Of a stretch of DNA of 64,000 bases, positions 8,862 to 18,741 are shown piece by piece. Source of the stretch: Nitrosopumilus sp. (lineage in GTDB: Archaea > Thermoproteota > Nitrososphaeria > Nitrososphaerales > Nitrosopumilaceae). Location of the stretch: positions 2,071,849 to 2,135,848 of the forward strand of contig CBDBLX010000002.1 of assembly GCA_965207445.1 (NCBI GenBank), in the 5' to 3' direction. The position numbers and the translations under genes were made by a program. The notes below the pieces were generated by a model that ran no database searches, was not told where the DNA came from, and saw nothing but the letters and a program-made list of their open reading frames with translations. Every line of letters starts with the position of its first letter. The stretch's first letter is position 1.

Positions 8862-10259
8862 ATGAATAGAATCAACATGATATGTGTAATTGCATGCAGT
8901 GTTATGTTGGTACCAAGTATTATGATTATATATGATATGAATAACAATGTACATTACACAAAAAATGCATTTGCACAAATAGAACCAGATTCACCAAAAA
9001 AACAAGTAGAGTTAGGTGTTATGCCTGAAAATATAATATGTAAAAAAGAGCATGTGCTTGCGATCAGAGTAAATGGTGCGGCTATGTGTGTCACAGTAAA
9101 TACAGCAGAGATACTAGCTGATAGAGGCATTATAGACAGAATCATAGGCCATACAGCAAAATATGAAGATGAGAATGCAAAAAAGAATACCACATCCATA
9201 GAGTTACAAGATAAAATCAATGACATGGACACGAATCAAGGAAATCAGACAATTGTATCAAACTCGACTAGTGCAATGGCAAACACAAATGCAAGCGCAA
9301 CAGCATCAAATACAGATGCAACAAACATGGCAAACTCGACTAGTGCAATGGCAAACACAAATGCAAGCGCAACAGCATCAAATACAGATGCAACAAACAT
9401 GGCAAACTCGACTAGTGCAATGGCAAACACAAATGCAAGCGCAACAGCATCAAATACAGATGCAACAAACATGGCAAACTCGACTAGTGCAATGGCAAAC
9501 ACAAATGCAAGCGCAACAGCATCAAATTCACAAAAAGACAAGTCCAATCCAAGCAGCGTCACTACGATACCAGCATCCACCATGTCAGTTGTGAACTTTT
9601 ATGTCACAGATCACGATCTAAACATAGCTCGAAATGCACCAGAAACAATCTCAACAAAAGGATTATTGGAATTTACTATAAACGGAATACCCATTGAAGG
9701 GCCAAAAACTATGACAGAAACAGGACCCAATACAGGACAATTCTATGTAAAGTTGGAACTTCCTGCCACTATCAATGGCAGACCATTAAATCAAAATGAC
9801 ATAGTAGACATTACATATCTAGACAAATCAGATTATTCTGGAGAGCCACATACGGTCAGAAAGTCATTTACGCTCTCAAGCACATATGCACAACTTCAAA
9901 CACAAGGAGACGGCGGAAAACGAATCGGTCACGAGTTTAGACTTGTAATACATGAACCAGATGCAAACAGAGACTCACAAGAAGAAGACAGAATACCTTT
10001 GAATAGATTTGAGTTTGAAAGTAAAGGTAACATAAAGGTCACACTTGATCATCATGCATTTGATGCAAACAAGAGTCACATGGTAGAGACAGGTCCCAAT
10101 ACAGGAATATTTGATGTTACAATAAAGATACCACGTCAGATAGATGGTAAGATCATTAACATAGGTGACTGGTACAAGATCATATACAATGATTATACAA
10201 CACCATCAGGCACTTCAGAAGAGATAATTTTAAGAGGAAAGATAGGACTGTCATCCTGA
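8862..10259 (+). CDS. Exported / surface-layer-like protein with internal 24-aa Asn/Ser/Thr/Ala repeat
   Basis: N-terminal hydrophobic segment. Two ETGPNTG motifs and D-x-D-x-N motifs resemble thaumarchaeal S-layer-type domains. Confidence 0.7.
   Translation: MNRINMICVIACSVMLVPSIMIIYDMNNNVHYTKNAFAQIEPDSPKKQVELGVMPENIICKKEHVLAIRVNGAAMCVTVNTAEILADRGIIDRIIGHTAKYEDENAKKNTTSIELQDKINDMDTNQGNQTIVSNSTSAMANTNASATASNTDATNMANSTSAMANTNASATASNTDATNMANSTSAMANTNASATASNTDATNMANSTSAMANTNASATASNSQKDKSNPSSVTTIPASTMSVVNFYVTDHDLNIARNAPETISTKGLLEFTINGIPIEGPKTMTETGPNTGQFYVKLELPATINGRPLNQNDIVDITYLDKSDYSGEPHTVRKSFTLSSTYAQLQTQGDGGKRIGHEFRLVIHEPDANRDSQEEDRIPLNRFEFESKGNIKVTLDHHAFDANKSHMVETGPNTGIFDVTIKIPRQIDGKIINIGDWYKIIYNDYTTPSGTSEEIILRGKIGLSS
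9259..9527 (+). repeat. 72-bp perfect coding tandem repeat x~3.7 (NSTSAMANTNASATASNTDATNMA)
   Basis: Units start 72 bp apart (9261, 9333, 9405, 9477). Confidence 0.95.
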
Positions 10260-10383
10260 TCTCATGCCATGTTATGTGTCACATGTAACAAATTCAGAAT
10301 GTAATTGTTCGATTACTGTATCTTAGTCCACTTATTCTGTAAAGGTACACAATGACGCAGGATGATTGTTTGCTTACTATATC

Positions 10384-10860
10384 TTAGGTCACTGTTACAG
10401 TACCAACCATCCATGGATGAACTATACAAAAGTACTCAAAATACCCAGCATCTTCAAACGTATACTCAAATTCATCGCCAGCAATAACAAGACCAGAGTC
10501 AAATAGGTCAGCTATTCCACCATTAGGACTTCCACTTGTCACTGTATGTGCAGCATTATCATCAACGACCCATGTTACAGTAGTGCCACTAGGTATTGTC
10601 AATGCAGGGGGCAAATAGCATGCATCATCTACTTCACATCCAGGTACAGATGTTCCTTCAGGAATTGATATTATCGGTGAAATATCAACTGGTTCTGTTG
10701 TAGTTTCAAGTGTGACTTGAGGTTCAGAGTCCGGTACAACATCAACTGTTTGTACATAGTCACCGATCACATCGTCAGGTGACATTACAATAAACCCAAG
10801 TGATATTGCAACTAGTATGCCAACTGCTACAATAACACCATAAGAAAAGTTCAACATCAT
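10384..10860 (-). CDS. Membrane-anchored blue (type 1) copper protein, plastocyanin/azurin family
   Basis: HTVTSG and YFCIVHPWM copper ligands; N-terminal TM helix. Confidence 0.92.
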   Translation of the reverse strand: MMLNFSYGVIVAVGILVAISLGFIVMSPDDVIGDYVQTVDVVPDSEPQVTLETTTEPVDISPIISIPEGTSVPGCEVDDACYLPPALTIPSGTTVTWVVDDNAAHTVTSGSPNGGIADLFDSGLVIAGDEFEYTFEDAGYFEYFCIVHPWMVGTVTVT

Positions 10861-11345
10861 CCTCCAGTAAGTTTTGCAAATTTTTCATTCTTGCAAAGTG
10901 TCTCCATAAAATGTATGTTTGATAGCGCCACAATTGCAGAGTCTACAACAGGCTTATCAGGATCAGTTAATGCTTTTGTAAGTACATCTTTTGCATCACT
11001 AGAGCCAACCACACCAAGTGCAATGGCAGCCTCGTGTCGGACAAAAAGGCTAGGATCATTAAGAGTTGCATCTTCCAAAGGTGCAATCGAGCTCGAATAG
11101 CACATCTGACCTAGTGAGAATGCAGCCTCGTGTCGGACAAGTTCATTTTCATCATATTTTAATACACGTGCAATGTGTTTGACCTTGTCCTCACCACCAA
11201 AATCTACAAGTATACAGGTAGCCCTTGTTCTAATAACATAGTCAGGATGATCAAGTAATTTTACAAAGTATTCAGTATCATGAGACTCATATTTTGACTC
11301 CATCTCTGAGAAAAGAGCCATCCGATCGTCGGTTACTACTTGCAA
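10857..11345 (-). CDS. HEAT/PBS-lyase repeat protein
   Basis: Repeated VRHEAA..LG motifs. Probable TTG start at 11345. Confidence 0.85.
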   Translation of the reverse strand: MQVVTDDRMALFSEMESKYESHDTEYFVKLLDHPDYVIRTRATCILVDFGGEDKVKHIARVLKYDENELVRHEAAFSLGQMCYSSSIAPLEDATLNDPSLFVRHEAAIALGVVGSSDAKDVLTKALTDPDKPVVDSAIVALSNIHFMETLCKNEKFAKLTGG

Positions 11346-11547
11346 TTTGTATTGAATATGTATACGGCCTATATTAGTTGTACTTGAGCAACCATATTTT
11401 GAGCAATACTTTACGCGTTTTACCAAAAAACAAAATTCGGTTCTCTGGCTATTACTCTATTAGTGAAAGAAATGCTCTTTAAAACTTCCATATGTACACT
11501 CACACTCAAGTAATAGATATTTAACGCAATAATATCAGAGAATCGTC

Positions 11548-12213
11548 ATGAGTAGTGTTGTAATAGGGCAAAAAGCACCAAATTTTGCTACATCAGAATG
11601 GATTCAAGGGATTCCCACCAATTTTGATCAAGAAGGAGATCACATCGTACTAGTAGAGGTGTTTCAAGTGAATTGTCCAGGTTGTTTTATGCATGCAATA
11701 CCAGAAGCCATTCAAATTTACCAAAAATATGTCAATGATGGAGTAAAAGTGATAGGACTAGCAACGGCTTTTGAGGATTTTGAGTTAAACACAACAGAAA
11801 ATCTCAGAATGCTTGCAGAGACAGGTGAGGTTGTAGGAGAGACCAAAAAGGCGCTTGCAGCATACGGTCAACTAGAACAGGGAACCAAATACATATACAA
11901 AATACCATTCCCACTTGCCATGGATAATTTGATAAAAAATGAAAAAGAACCAGATCATGAACAGATCATGCAGGTGATACGACCTCAGATTCCCAACTTT
12001 GAGTCAGAACCATTAGAATATCAAAAACAAATAATACAACGAGTGAAAGATTATCTGAGTACAAAAAAATACTACGCAGAAACTTTTGAAAAGTTTATGT
12101 TGCGTGGAACACCATCTACAATACTAGTAGATAGAAAAGGAATACTACGTCACGTCTCATTTGGTCAATCAGGTCATTTAGATGGCATGATAAGAAAACT
12201 ATTAGACGAATAA
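11548..12213 (+). CDS. Redoxin / TlpA-like thiol-disulfide oxidoreductase
   Basis: Motifs GQKAPNF, FQVNCPGC and GTPSTILVDRKG. Confidence 0.85.
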   Translation: MSSVVIGQKAPNFATSEWIQGIPTNFDQEGDHIVLVEVFQVNCPGCFMHAIPEAIQIYQKYVNDGVKVIGLATAFEDFELNTTENLRMLAETGEVVGETKKALAAYGQLEQGTKYIYKIPFPLAMDNLIKNEKEPDHEQIMQVIRPQIPNFESEPLEYQKQIIQRVKDYLSTKKYYAETFEKFMLRGTPSTILVDRKGILRHVSFGQSGHLDGMIRKLLDE

Positions 12214-12216
12214 CAA

Positions 12217-12300
12217 CTATGTATACACAGCAAACAAGACCACTGATAGAGCCACGACAATTACAAATCCCCCAACCAGTGCAATTTTTGCAGCATCCAT
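12217..12300 (-). CDS. Putative 27-aa single-pass membrane peptide
   Basis: MDAAKIALVGGFVIVVALSVVLFAVYT*. Below the ORF-track cutoff, with a TATA-like element about 25-30 bp upstream. Confidence 0.55.
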   Translation of the reverse strand: MDAAKIALVGGFVIVVALSVVLFAVYT

Positions 12301-12486
12301 TAGCAAGTATATCTAAATTCCAATTATAGTCTTTTGTTAATGTGTTGAATATTCATTTTAAAAATAGATTTAGTCAACAGTATAATACAACAATTGTATA
12401 AAAAAATAATTTTTGGGCATAATATAAATACAAACATAATATCAAAATAAATATTTAGTATATTATTTAATATATTATTTAATATA

Positions 12487-13560
12487 TTATCTAATACATG
12501 ATCTAAACAAAATCATCAAAACAGCTATTGGTGCCACTATGTACATACCAATGTTGAGTGCAATCACAGACACACCAAAAGTCAAGATATCCACCTCTGA
12601 TCCGGCCTGTGCGTTATGCATTATTCCAAGCGAGAGTAGCATTGGTCCAAGATAGAATCGTGTTATATCCTGAAGCATCACATTTTCGCGCTGATAGTCT
12701 GCAACAAATGGACTAAATGTATAGTATATTGAATTAAACTCATTTAAAAATACGCGCCCAGATTCAGTGCTTGCAATCTTTGTATCACGTATCTCTCGGA
12801 GTTGTTGTATGTGGTGACTAAATTCAGAGCCAAATGCTGCAGTTGCAACAAGACATCCTCCTCCGTTGCCACTATCACTCACAGCACTATCACTCACAGC
12901 ACTATCACTCACAGCACCATGTTCATTATTATCATCCATACTATCATCTATACCATCATTAGACCCATTTACATCATCATCATCACCATCATCATTATTA
13001 TTGTTAATAATATGATCAGGTAAAATATAATCAGAAGAAGGAGCAGGAGTATATACACTCACATCTGTTTTTGTTCCAATTATGTCAATGATATACCCAT
13101 CACGTAGAGTCGGTTCAACATCATCTGAAAACCGCAATACTAAAAATGAAACTTCATTAGTTGATCTCACAACAGGGTCATGTAGTACATCATCTACATA
13201 TAGAGTAATGTCACCGGATAAGAGATTTACAGGAATTATAATTTCTGCAATATTTTTGGACAAGCCAGGACTCGTATTCAACGTTAGTCGTTTATTATCA
13301 ACATCAAAAGAGTGATCCAAGATATCAAAACTAGATGTTATCATGACCTCATAAGTACCAGTATCAGTAGGTATGTTGATTCGATTTATCAATCCCGTTG
13401 CATCAGACAATGATTGTGCATACACAGAGTTAATTTCAACAGTAGGTATTGCAACAACAACAACAACAAATAGACTTGATAAAAACAAAAGTGTCCAAAA
13501 GTATACAAAACGACGACGCTGTAACATAAAATATCCATTAGACATATTCATACAAAACAA
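12487..13560 (-). CDS. Secreted protein with C-terminal CFI-box-CTERM domain and Asp/Asn-rich linker
   Basis: GGGCLVATAAFGSE...QQLREIRD...FNSIYYTFSP plus C-terminal TM. The start is uncertain. Confidence 0.85.
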   Translation of the reverse strand: MFCMNMSNGYFMLQRRRFVYFWTLLFLSSLFVVVVVAIPTVEINSVYAQSLSDATGLINRINIPTDTGTYEVMITSSFDILDHSFDVDNKRLTLNTSPGLSKNIAEIIIPVNLLSGDITLYVDDVLHDPVVRSTNEVSFLVLRFSDDVEPTLRDGYIIDIIGTKTDVSVYTPAPSSDYILPDHIINNNNDDGDDDDVNGSNDGIDDSMDDNNEHGAVSDSAVSDSAVSDSGNGGGCLVATAAFGSEFSHHIQQLREIRDTKIASTESGRVFLNEFNSIYYTFSPFVADYQRENVMLQDITRFYLGPMLLSLGIMHNAQAGSEVDILTFGVSVIALNIGMYIVAPIAVLMILFRSCIR

Positions 13561-13585
13561 ACTATAATACAGTAAACATAATTAC

Positions 13586-14044
13586 TTATGCAACAGTTGC
13601 AAACACACGTCGATTCAGTTCTCTGTCACGTGCAATTCTAGGATGCATTGGGTCTGCAAGTATTACCTCAAACCAATAATGCATACCATCTTTATAGATG
13701 AAATATGATCCTAACAAACGCATGTTTGGATATCGCTCCAATACTCTACGCTCAGCTACAATCTTCATACTGTCATCGGCCTTGATTCTAGTCACACCGA
13801 GGTGTTTTGGACGTCTACCACCTCTTGGTCTCTGTTTGCGCATACCACCCGTACCAACACGCATACGAATAACAACAATTCCTTGTTTCGCCTTGTATCC
13901 TAGTCGACGTGCTCTTTGAATTCGACTAGGTTTATCAATACGTGTAATTGCATTTTGTTTACGCCAAATCACAACACGTTGACGTAGTTCAGGTGCATTT
14001 TCACGCCATAGACGTACCCATGTTTTGTCCTGATAGGAAGGCAT
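13586..14044 (-). CDS. rpl15e: 50S ribosomal protein L15e
   Basis: Motifs RARRLGYKAKQG, RRPKHLG and WFEVILADP. Confidence 0.97.
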   Translation of the reverse strand: MPSYQDKTWVRLWRENAPELRQRVVIWRKQNAITRIDKPSRIQRARRLGYKAKQGIVVIRMRVGTGGMRKQRPRGGRRPKHLGVTRIKADDSMKIVAERRVLERYPNMRLLGSYFIYKDGMHYWFEVILADPMHPRIARDRELNRRVFATVA

Positions 14045-14356
14045 ATGATACTTGTACTAAAATCCCCTTAATAATTGATTTCTGTCACAAATTTGAAACT
14101 GTTAATGAGTAAACATCCATCATGAGAGTGTCACATGGCTATGCAAATCCATCTTGATGGAGAACATACTTGTGTCATTGATGAGAGGTAATGTCATAAT
14201 TTAGTCAAATTTTTAATGCGCACTCCAAAAACTATTTTGTTATTTACACCAAATTCACAATGCTACTGCATAATATTTATATATATACATATACAAATAT
14301 AAAAATTAATAGAGATTGGTAGTTAATTTCTCAAATGTAAGATCATTTTATATAAA

Positions 14357-15118
14357 ATGCAACTGTTAAAAGACTCAATTTTAATTGAGGCACACATATC
14401 AAGACGTATGGGAGACTATGGAGTACAAACACTTGTGTTAGTTTTTACTCTTATGAGTATAGTTACAATTGTACTTGTAGTTCCTACACAAACTACACAT
14501 GCTGAAGATGCGCCAAGCATAAAGATAACAATTGCAAAATCAACATACCAATACTGTGAAAAACTTTCGTATGTAGTATCAGTTTCTGAGGTAACTGGTC
14601 AAATAGCAATTGCACATATCATAGATCAAAATCAAAAGAGTAGTCAAGCAATTCCCATTCCAATTGAAATGTTAGAAAATGAGATTAATGCCCCATTTCC
14701 ATTTGAGAGGGCAATATTTCCAACAGGTACATATACAATTAACATGACGTACGCAGGAGCACAGTCAACTGCAAGCTTTGATCTAGTTGATAATGACAAT
14801 ATTTGCATTCCTGCTCAAATTAAACAGATAGCATCAGTATGGGTAACAGGAACAGTTTCAGATGGATTTGTAATCGATGCAATTAAAAAATCAGTAGATC
14901 CCAAACTAATAGAGGTGCCATTTGATGTTGATCAAGACAACATATACAACATATCCATACCTCAATGGGTAAAAATAGTCACTTATTGGTGGATTATAGA
15001 TGATGTGACAGACGACGAGATAGCAAATGTGTTTGACTATTTGATAAAGACCAAAATCATAAATGCCAATGAAGTTGAAAAGGAAAATATGCAATCAAGC
15101 CAGAACGACGATACGTGA
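14357..15118 (+). CDS. Secreted hypothetical protein with thaumarchaeal IP-x-W-x-K...WW C-terminal motif
   Basis: Signal-like segment and IPQWVKIVTYWW...DDEIANVFDYLI. The start is probably ATG 14408. Confidence 0.7.
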   Translation: MQLLKDSILIEAHISRRMGDYGVQTLVLVFTLMSIVTIVLVVPTQTTHAEDAPSIKITIAKSTYQYCEKLSYVVSVSEVTGQIAIAHIIDQNQKSSQAIPIPIEMLENEINAPFPFERAIFPTGTYTINMTYAGAQSTASFDLVDNDNICIPAQIKQIASVWVTGTVSDGFVIDAIKKSVDPKLIEVPFDVDQDNIYNISIPQWVKIVTYWWIIDDVTDDEIANVFDYLIKTKIINANEVEKENMQSSQNDDT

Positions 15119-15127
15119 CATAGATAC

Positions 15128-15652
15128 GTGACTAGTATGGACAAGTATACAATAATTACAATAATTGCAATAATTGCAATAATCACACCATTTGCAATAT
15201 CAGCTGTAAACATAATTGGAGCAGAACAATTACAATATAGATGGGATTCACCCGGAATGTTTTCATTTTTTAAACTGTCGACAGATGGTAAACTAGAATT
15301 TTGTAACACAATACCATTTTGGACAAATTTTGATGAATTCAAAGTTATAATGTACTATCGAGGGGAAGTAGTTGGAACATACACAGTAGAATCATTTACT
15401 ATAAATCCAAGCTCAGCGAGTGTGCAAAACGGCGTATTTACATCAGAACACATAGCAAGAGCACATAGTATGGCAATGACAATTGACCATGGAATCAATA
15501 GTGGCGAGTTTAGAATAGATGAAAGACAGTTCATAATACAAACAATGATATCAACACCCATACTTGGATTAGTACCATATGATGTGACGACTCAGATGTC
15601 AGGATCAGAGTTCAATGACAAGATGAATGCTGTAAACCTGTATTGTAATTGA
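15128..15652 (+). CDS. Conserved membrane-anchored hypothetical protein
   Basis: N-terminal TM helix; co-oriented with and adjacent to the upstream gene. Confidence 0.7.
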   Translation: MTSMDKYTIITIIAIIAIITPFAISAVNIIGAEQLQYRWDSPGMFSFFKLSTDGKLEFCNTIPFWTNFDEFKVIMYYRGEVVGTYTVESFTINPSSASVQNGVFTSEHIARAHSMAMTIDHGINSGEFRIDERQFIIQTMISTPILGLVPYDVTTQMSGSEFNDKMNAVNLYCN

Positions 15653-15758
15653 TAGTTTGTAAAATTTTGATAGGTATCTAAAAAGAAGTGTAAATGTGTA
15701 AATGATAATTATGCCCAAAATTAATCTTAAAATTATGACTAAATTGTGATCAATTTTT

Positions 15759-15906
15759 GTGTGAATCAATCTCTTTGGACACAATAATGAAATCACATAC
15801 TTGTGTTTGGTCACATCCCCGTCTACATGTCGAGTATTGTGCATGCGATACATTTGGCTAGTAGTTATTTTGAATGATTATATCAGTCATGGATCTTGGT
15901 TCACAT
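15759..15906. mobile_element. MITE family B, copy 2 (148 bp, opposite orientation, diverged)
   Basis: Colinear with the reverse complement of 3979-4127 along its full length. Ends GTGTGAATCAATCTC / GATCTTGGTTCACAT, flanked by AATTTTT on both sides. Confidence 0.85.
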
Positions 15907-16001
15907 AATTTTTCTATTTATAATCAAATTGTAATTACTTTGAGGTAATTAAAGCAGATAAATTAAAACTATTTAATAAAAGCAAATTTTGAATATTGGA
16001 A

Positions 16002-17213
16002 TTACAGTGACGTCTTCGGTGACGATTTTCGCCTATTTGCACGATGCATCAACGCCAATATAACACCCACAAAACCAGCAATTACAAAACCAGCAATTAC
16101 ACCCGTTACAAGTTCACGTCCAGACACCTTTGCAGTGCTAGCAGCAGGTATTGTTTCAGGTTCATCATCATTTACAACAGATGTTGAGTCAGATAATTCA
16201 AGTACACAGGTGTCATCTACTAGAACAGTTCCAGGACCGCACTTTGATGTGTCAGTAGGAGCATCAGATTCAAGTATACAGGTGTCATCTACTAGAACAG
16301 TTCCAGGACCGCACTTTGATGTGTCAGTAGGAGCATCAGATTCAAGTATACAGGTGTCATCTACTAGAACAGTTCCAGGACCGCACTTTGATGTGTCAAA
16401 TGGTTGAACGGCAATAATATCAAATGTAGGCAAATCTTCATCAGAATTATCAACAGTATCAAGATCAGGTATTGGGATTGTATCAGGAGAGATCTCATCA
16501 GACACAAAATTATTTTCTGTAAAAGTATCATCTATTATGTCTTCTGTCAGGGTATCATCTACAACAGTATCATCTATTATGTCTTCTGTCAGGGTATCAT
16601 CTACAACAGTATCATCTACAACAGTATCATCTACAACAGTATCATCTACATCGTCAATAGTAGTTTCTTTGGCAACAAATATTTCAACAGTCTCAATACC
16701 TACAGGTAATTCTGAAATTATCAAATTTCTTTGAGATATTTCAAAATTTTCATGAAAATCTGTCTCTGTAAGAATTTGAAAGTCAGCATTAATATCAAAT
16801 ATGGGATCAAACACCATATCTGAGAGTAAAATTTCTAATCGTGTATCTGCGGTAACAGCATCATCATCAAAGCTCACAGAAAGTTCAAGAAATGGAAATG
16901 TTCCCAATGTAGCAGTAGTGATAGCCATTTGGGAGCCTTCGTACTCTAATAATGGAGGAACTTCCACAGATGCATCATAATCATCATCAGAATAGCCTAG
17001 AGGTACAGTTGTAGCATAAACAGGAACAGAGATCAACAAGGTTGTGGCAACAATACACACAGACACAATAACAAAAACAGATAAGATATTATTCATAGCA
17101 TCAAACATAGACACACGTGGACATTTAGATATAGTAAAATTCAATACATAATTGGCGTCATTACATACTGTTAAAAGTATTGAAAAACACACAGAATTAT
17201 CGTATATAATCAT
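16002..17213 (-). CDS. Acidic cell-surface protein with DDTVV and CGPGTVLVDDTC repeats and C-terminal membrane anchor
   Basis: Signal-like N-terminus, repeats, C-terminal TM and basic tail. The start is probably downstream of 17213. Confidence 0.75.
   Translation of the reverse strand: MIIYDNSVCFSILLTVCNDANYVLNFTISKCPRVSMFDAMNNILSVFVIVSVCIVATTLLISVPVYATTVPLGYSDDDYDASVEVPPLLEYEGSQMAITTATLGTFPFLELSVSFDDDAVTADTRLEILLSDMVFDPIFDINADFQILTETDFHENFEISQRNLIISELPVGIETVEIFVAKETTIDDVDDTVVDDTVVDDTVVDDTLTEDIIDDTVVDDTLTEDIIDDTFTENNFVSDEISPDTIPIPDLDTVDNSDEDLPTFDIIAVQPFDTSKCGPGTVLVDDTCILESDAPTDTSKCGPGTVLVDDTCILESDAPTDTSKCGPGTVLVDDTCVLELSDSTSVVNDDEPETIPAASTAKVSGRELVTGVIAGFVIAGFVGVILALMHRANRRKSSPKTSL
16197..16398 (-). 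repeat. 72-bp coding tandem repeat x~2.8 (DTSKCGPGTVLVDDTCILESDAPT)
   Basis: Units at 16197, 16269 and 16341. Confidence 0.93.
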
Positions 17214-17259
17214 TCAATATAATCATTCACAAGATCGCATATCTAGACTCAGATTTGAT

Positions 17260-17465
17260 GTAACGCGTCACCTCCCTCCTCTTCCTCCTCACTAGTAATA
17301 TCTCAAATTACGCCATATCATAATACCTCGAACAGTGTTATCGACACGTATAATTCCTGTTAGATGTGTTTTTCTACAGATGATACATATGTGCACTAAG
17401 ATATATTCGTGTTAGTGTGACCTTATTTAGGCACAGTGCGGCGGCGGTGGGAGGTGACATGTTAC
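17260..17465. mobile_element. Putative MITE family C (206 bp, GTAA...TTAC ends)
   Basis: Inverted termini GTAACGCGTCACCTCCC / GGGAGGTGACATGTTAC (15/17). Non-coding interior, no target duplication seen, single copy in the window. Confidence 0.6.
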
Positions 17466-17600
17466 GAAAGAAATTTTTATCACGTCTAAATTTTTGTTCT
17501 AAAATTACGACTGAATAATAATTGTTTGGTTTTTCTCAAATTCAGACATAAATTTTATCAGTTATCATCTTGCACATGTACATAATATTGACGATTGCCA

Positions 17601-18533
17601 TCATATGACACCACGTAAAATCTGAATTATTTTTTCACCAATTACATTTGCAGCAAGCAACTGTGCTTCTTTTGTCTGTGCTCCAATATGAGGAGTCATT
17701 ATGACATTGTCGAGTTTTGTAAATTGGTTTCCAATAGCAGGTTCCTTTTCAAACACGTCTAGTCCAGCACCACCAAGACCACCATTCACAAGAGCATCAT
17801 ATAACGCATCTTCATCCACTACGCCACCGCGCGATGCGTTCAACAGTATAGCAGTATCTTTCATCAATGAGATCTTTTGTGCATCTATCATATGATATGT
17901 CGAATCAAGTAATGGTACATGCAGTGACACATAATCAGAACTCTTCAAAAGTGTATCAAGATCAGCCTTTATCAATCCCACGTCTTTGACAAAGTCATCA
18001 TCAATTGGAACAACATCATATCCGATAATATTCATATTCAGTGCACGTGCAATCCTACCGAGTCGCTTGCCAATATTACCTAGTCCTATAATTCCAAGGT
18101 ATTTGCCACGCAGTTCAGTTCCCTTTAACTCCTTTTTGATCCATTGGTCGTTTCTAATTGAGCGATCTGCTCTAGCAGTATGCCGTGCAAGTGACAACAT
18201 CATGCCAAGAATCATCTCGGCCACGGCATTTATCGCACCTTCAACTGCATTTATTACACGAATGTTTTTCTCCTTTGCAGCATCTTGATCAATGTTATCA
18301 AGCCCAACTCCTACGCGTGCAATAACCTTACAATGTGTAGCACGCGCGATCATTTCACGTGTGATTCTAGTTCTGCTTCGAACAATAACTATACTGAATT
18401 GAGATATACATTCTAGTATTTGATCCGGGGTAATATCAGGCTCATAAGAGACTTTTAGTCCATTATCAATCAATATCTTGTTTAATACAGAATCCACTTC
18501 ATCACAGATCAACACAGATTCATCAAATGCCAT
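17601..18533 (-). CDS. D-isomer-specific 2-hydroxyacid dehydrogenase (D-3-phosphoglycerate dehydrogenase-like)
   Basis: Motifs RVGVGLDNID, GLGNIG, NASRGGVVDE and TPHIGAQT. Confidence 0.9.
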   Translation of the reverse strand: MAFDESVLICDEVDSVLNKILIDNGLKVSYEPDITPDQILECISQFSIVIVRSRTRITREMIARATHCKVIARVGVGLDNIDQDAAKEKNIRVINAVEGAINAVAEMILGMMLSLARHTARADRSIRNDQWIKKELKGTELRGKYLGIIGLGNIGKRLGRIARALNMNIIGYDVVPIDDDFVKDVGLIKADLDTLLKSSDYVSLHVPLLDSTYHMIDAQKISLMKDTAILLNASRGGVVDEDALYDALVNGGLGGAGLDVFEKEPAIGNQFTKLDNVIMTPHIGAQTKEAQLLAANVIGEKIIQILRGVI

Positions 18534-18646
18534 AATCTTGTTATCAATTGATAAAATATAACTTGTGTTGTAAGTTATTTGAGCTCAAAATATACATTAT
18601 AATAATTACATTCAAAAAAAGAGTCACATAATAAACAAGTAAACAC

Positions 18647-18698
18647 TAGTCACATAAACCAGTCACATAAACCAGTCACATAAACCAGTCACATAAAC
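18647..18698. repeat. 13-bp tandem repeat (AGTCACATAAACC) x~4
   Basis: Read directly from the sequence; downstream of nirK. Confidence 0.9.
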
Positions 18699-18741
18699 AA
18701 TTAACCATACCAACAAAAAAATAGAAAAAGGATTGTAAAGA

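Noticed and set aside
10285..10377. GTAA...TTAC-bounded spacer resembling a family A element
   Set aside because: Only the terminal few bases pair, and the interior does not match the family.
14116..14161. Palindrome TCCATCTTGATGGA upstream of rpl15e
   Set aside because: Single short occurrence with no supporting context.
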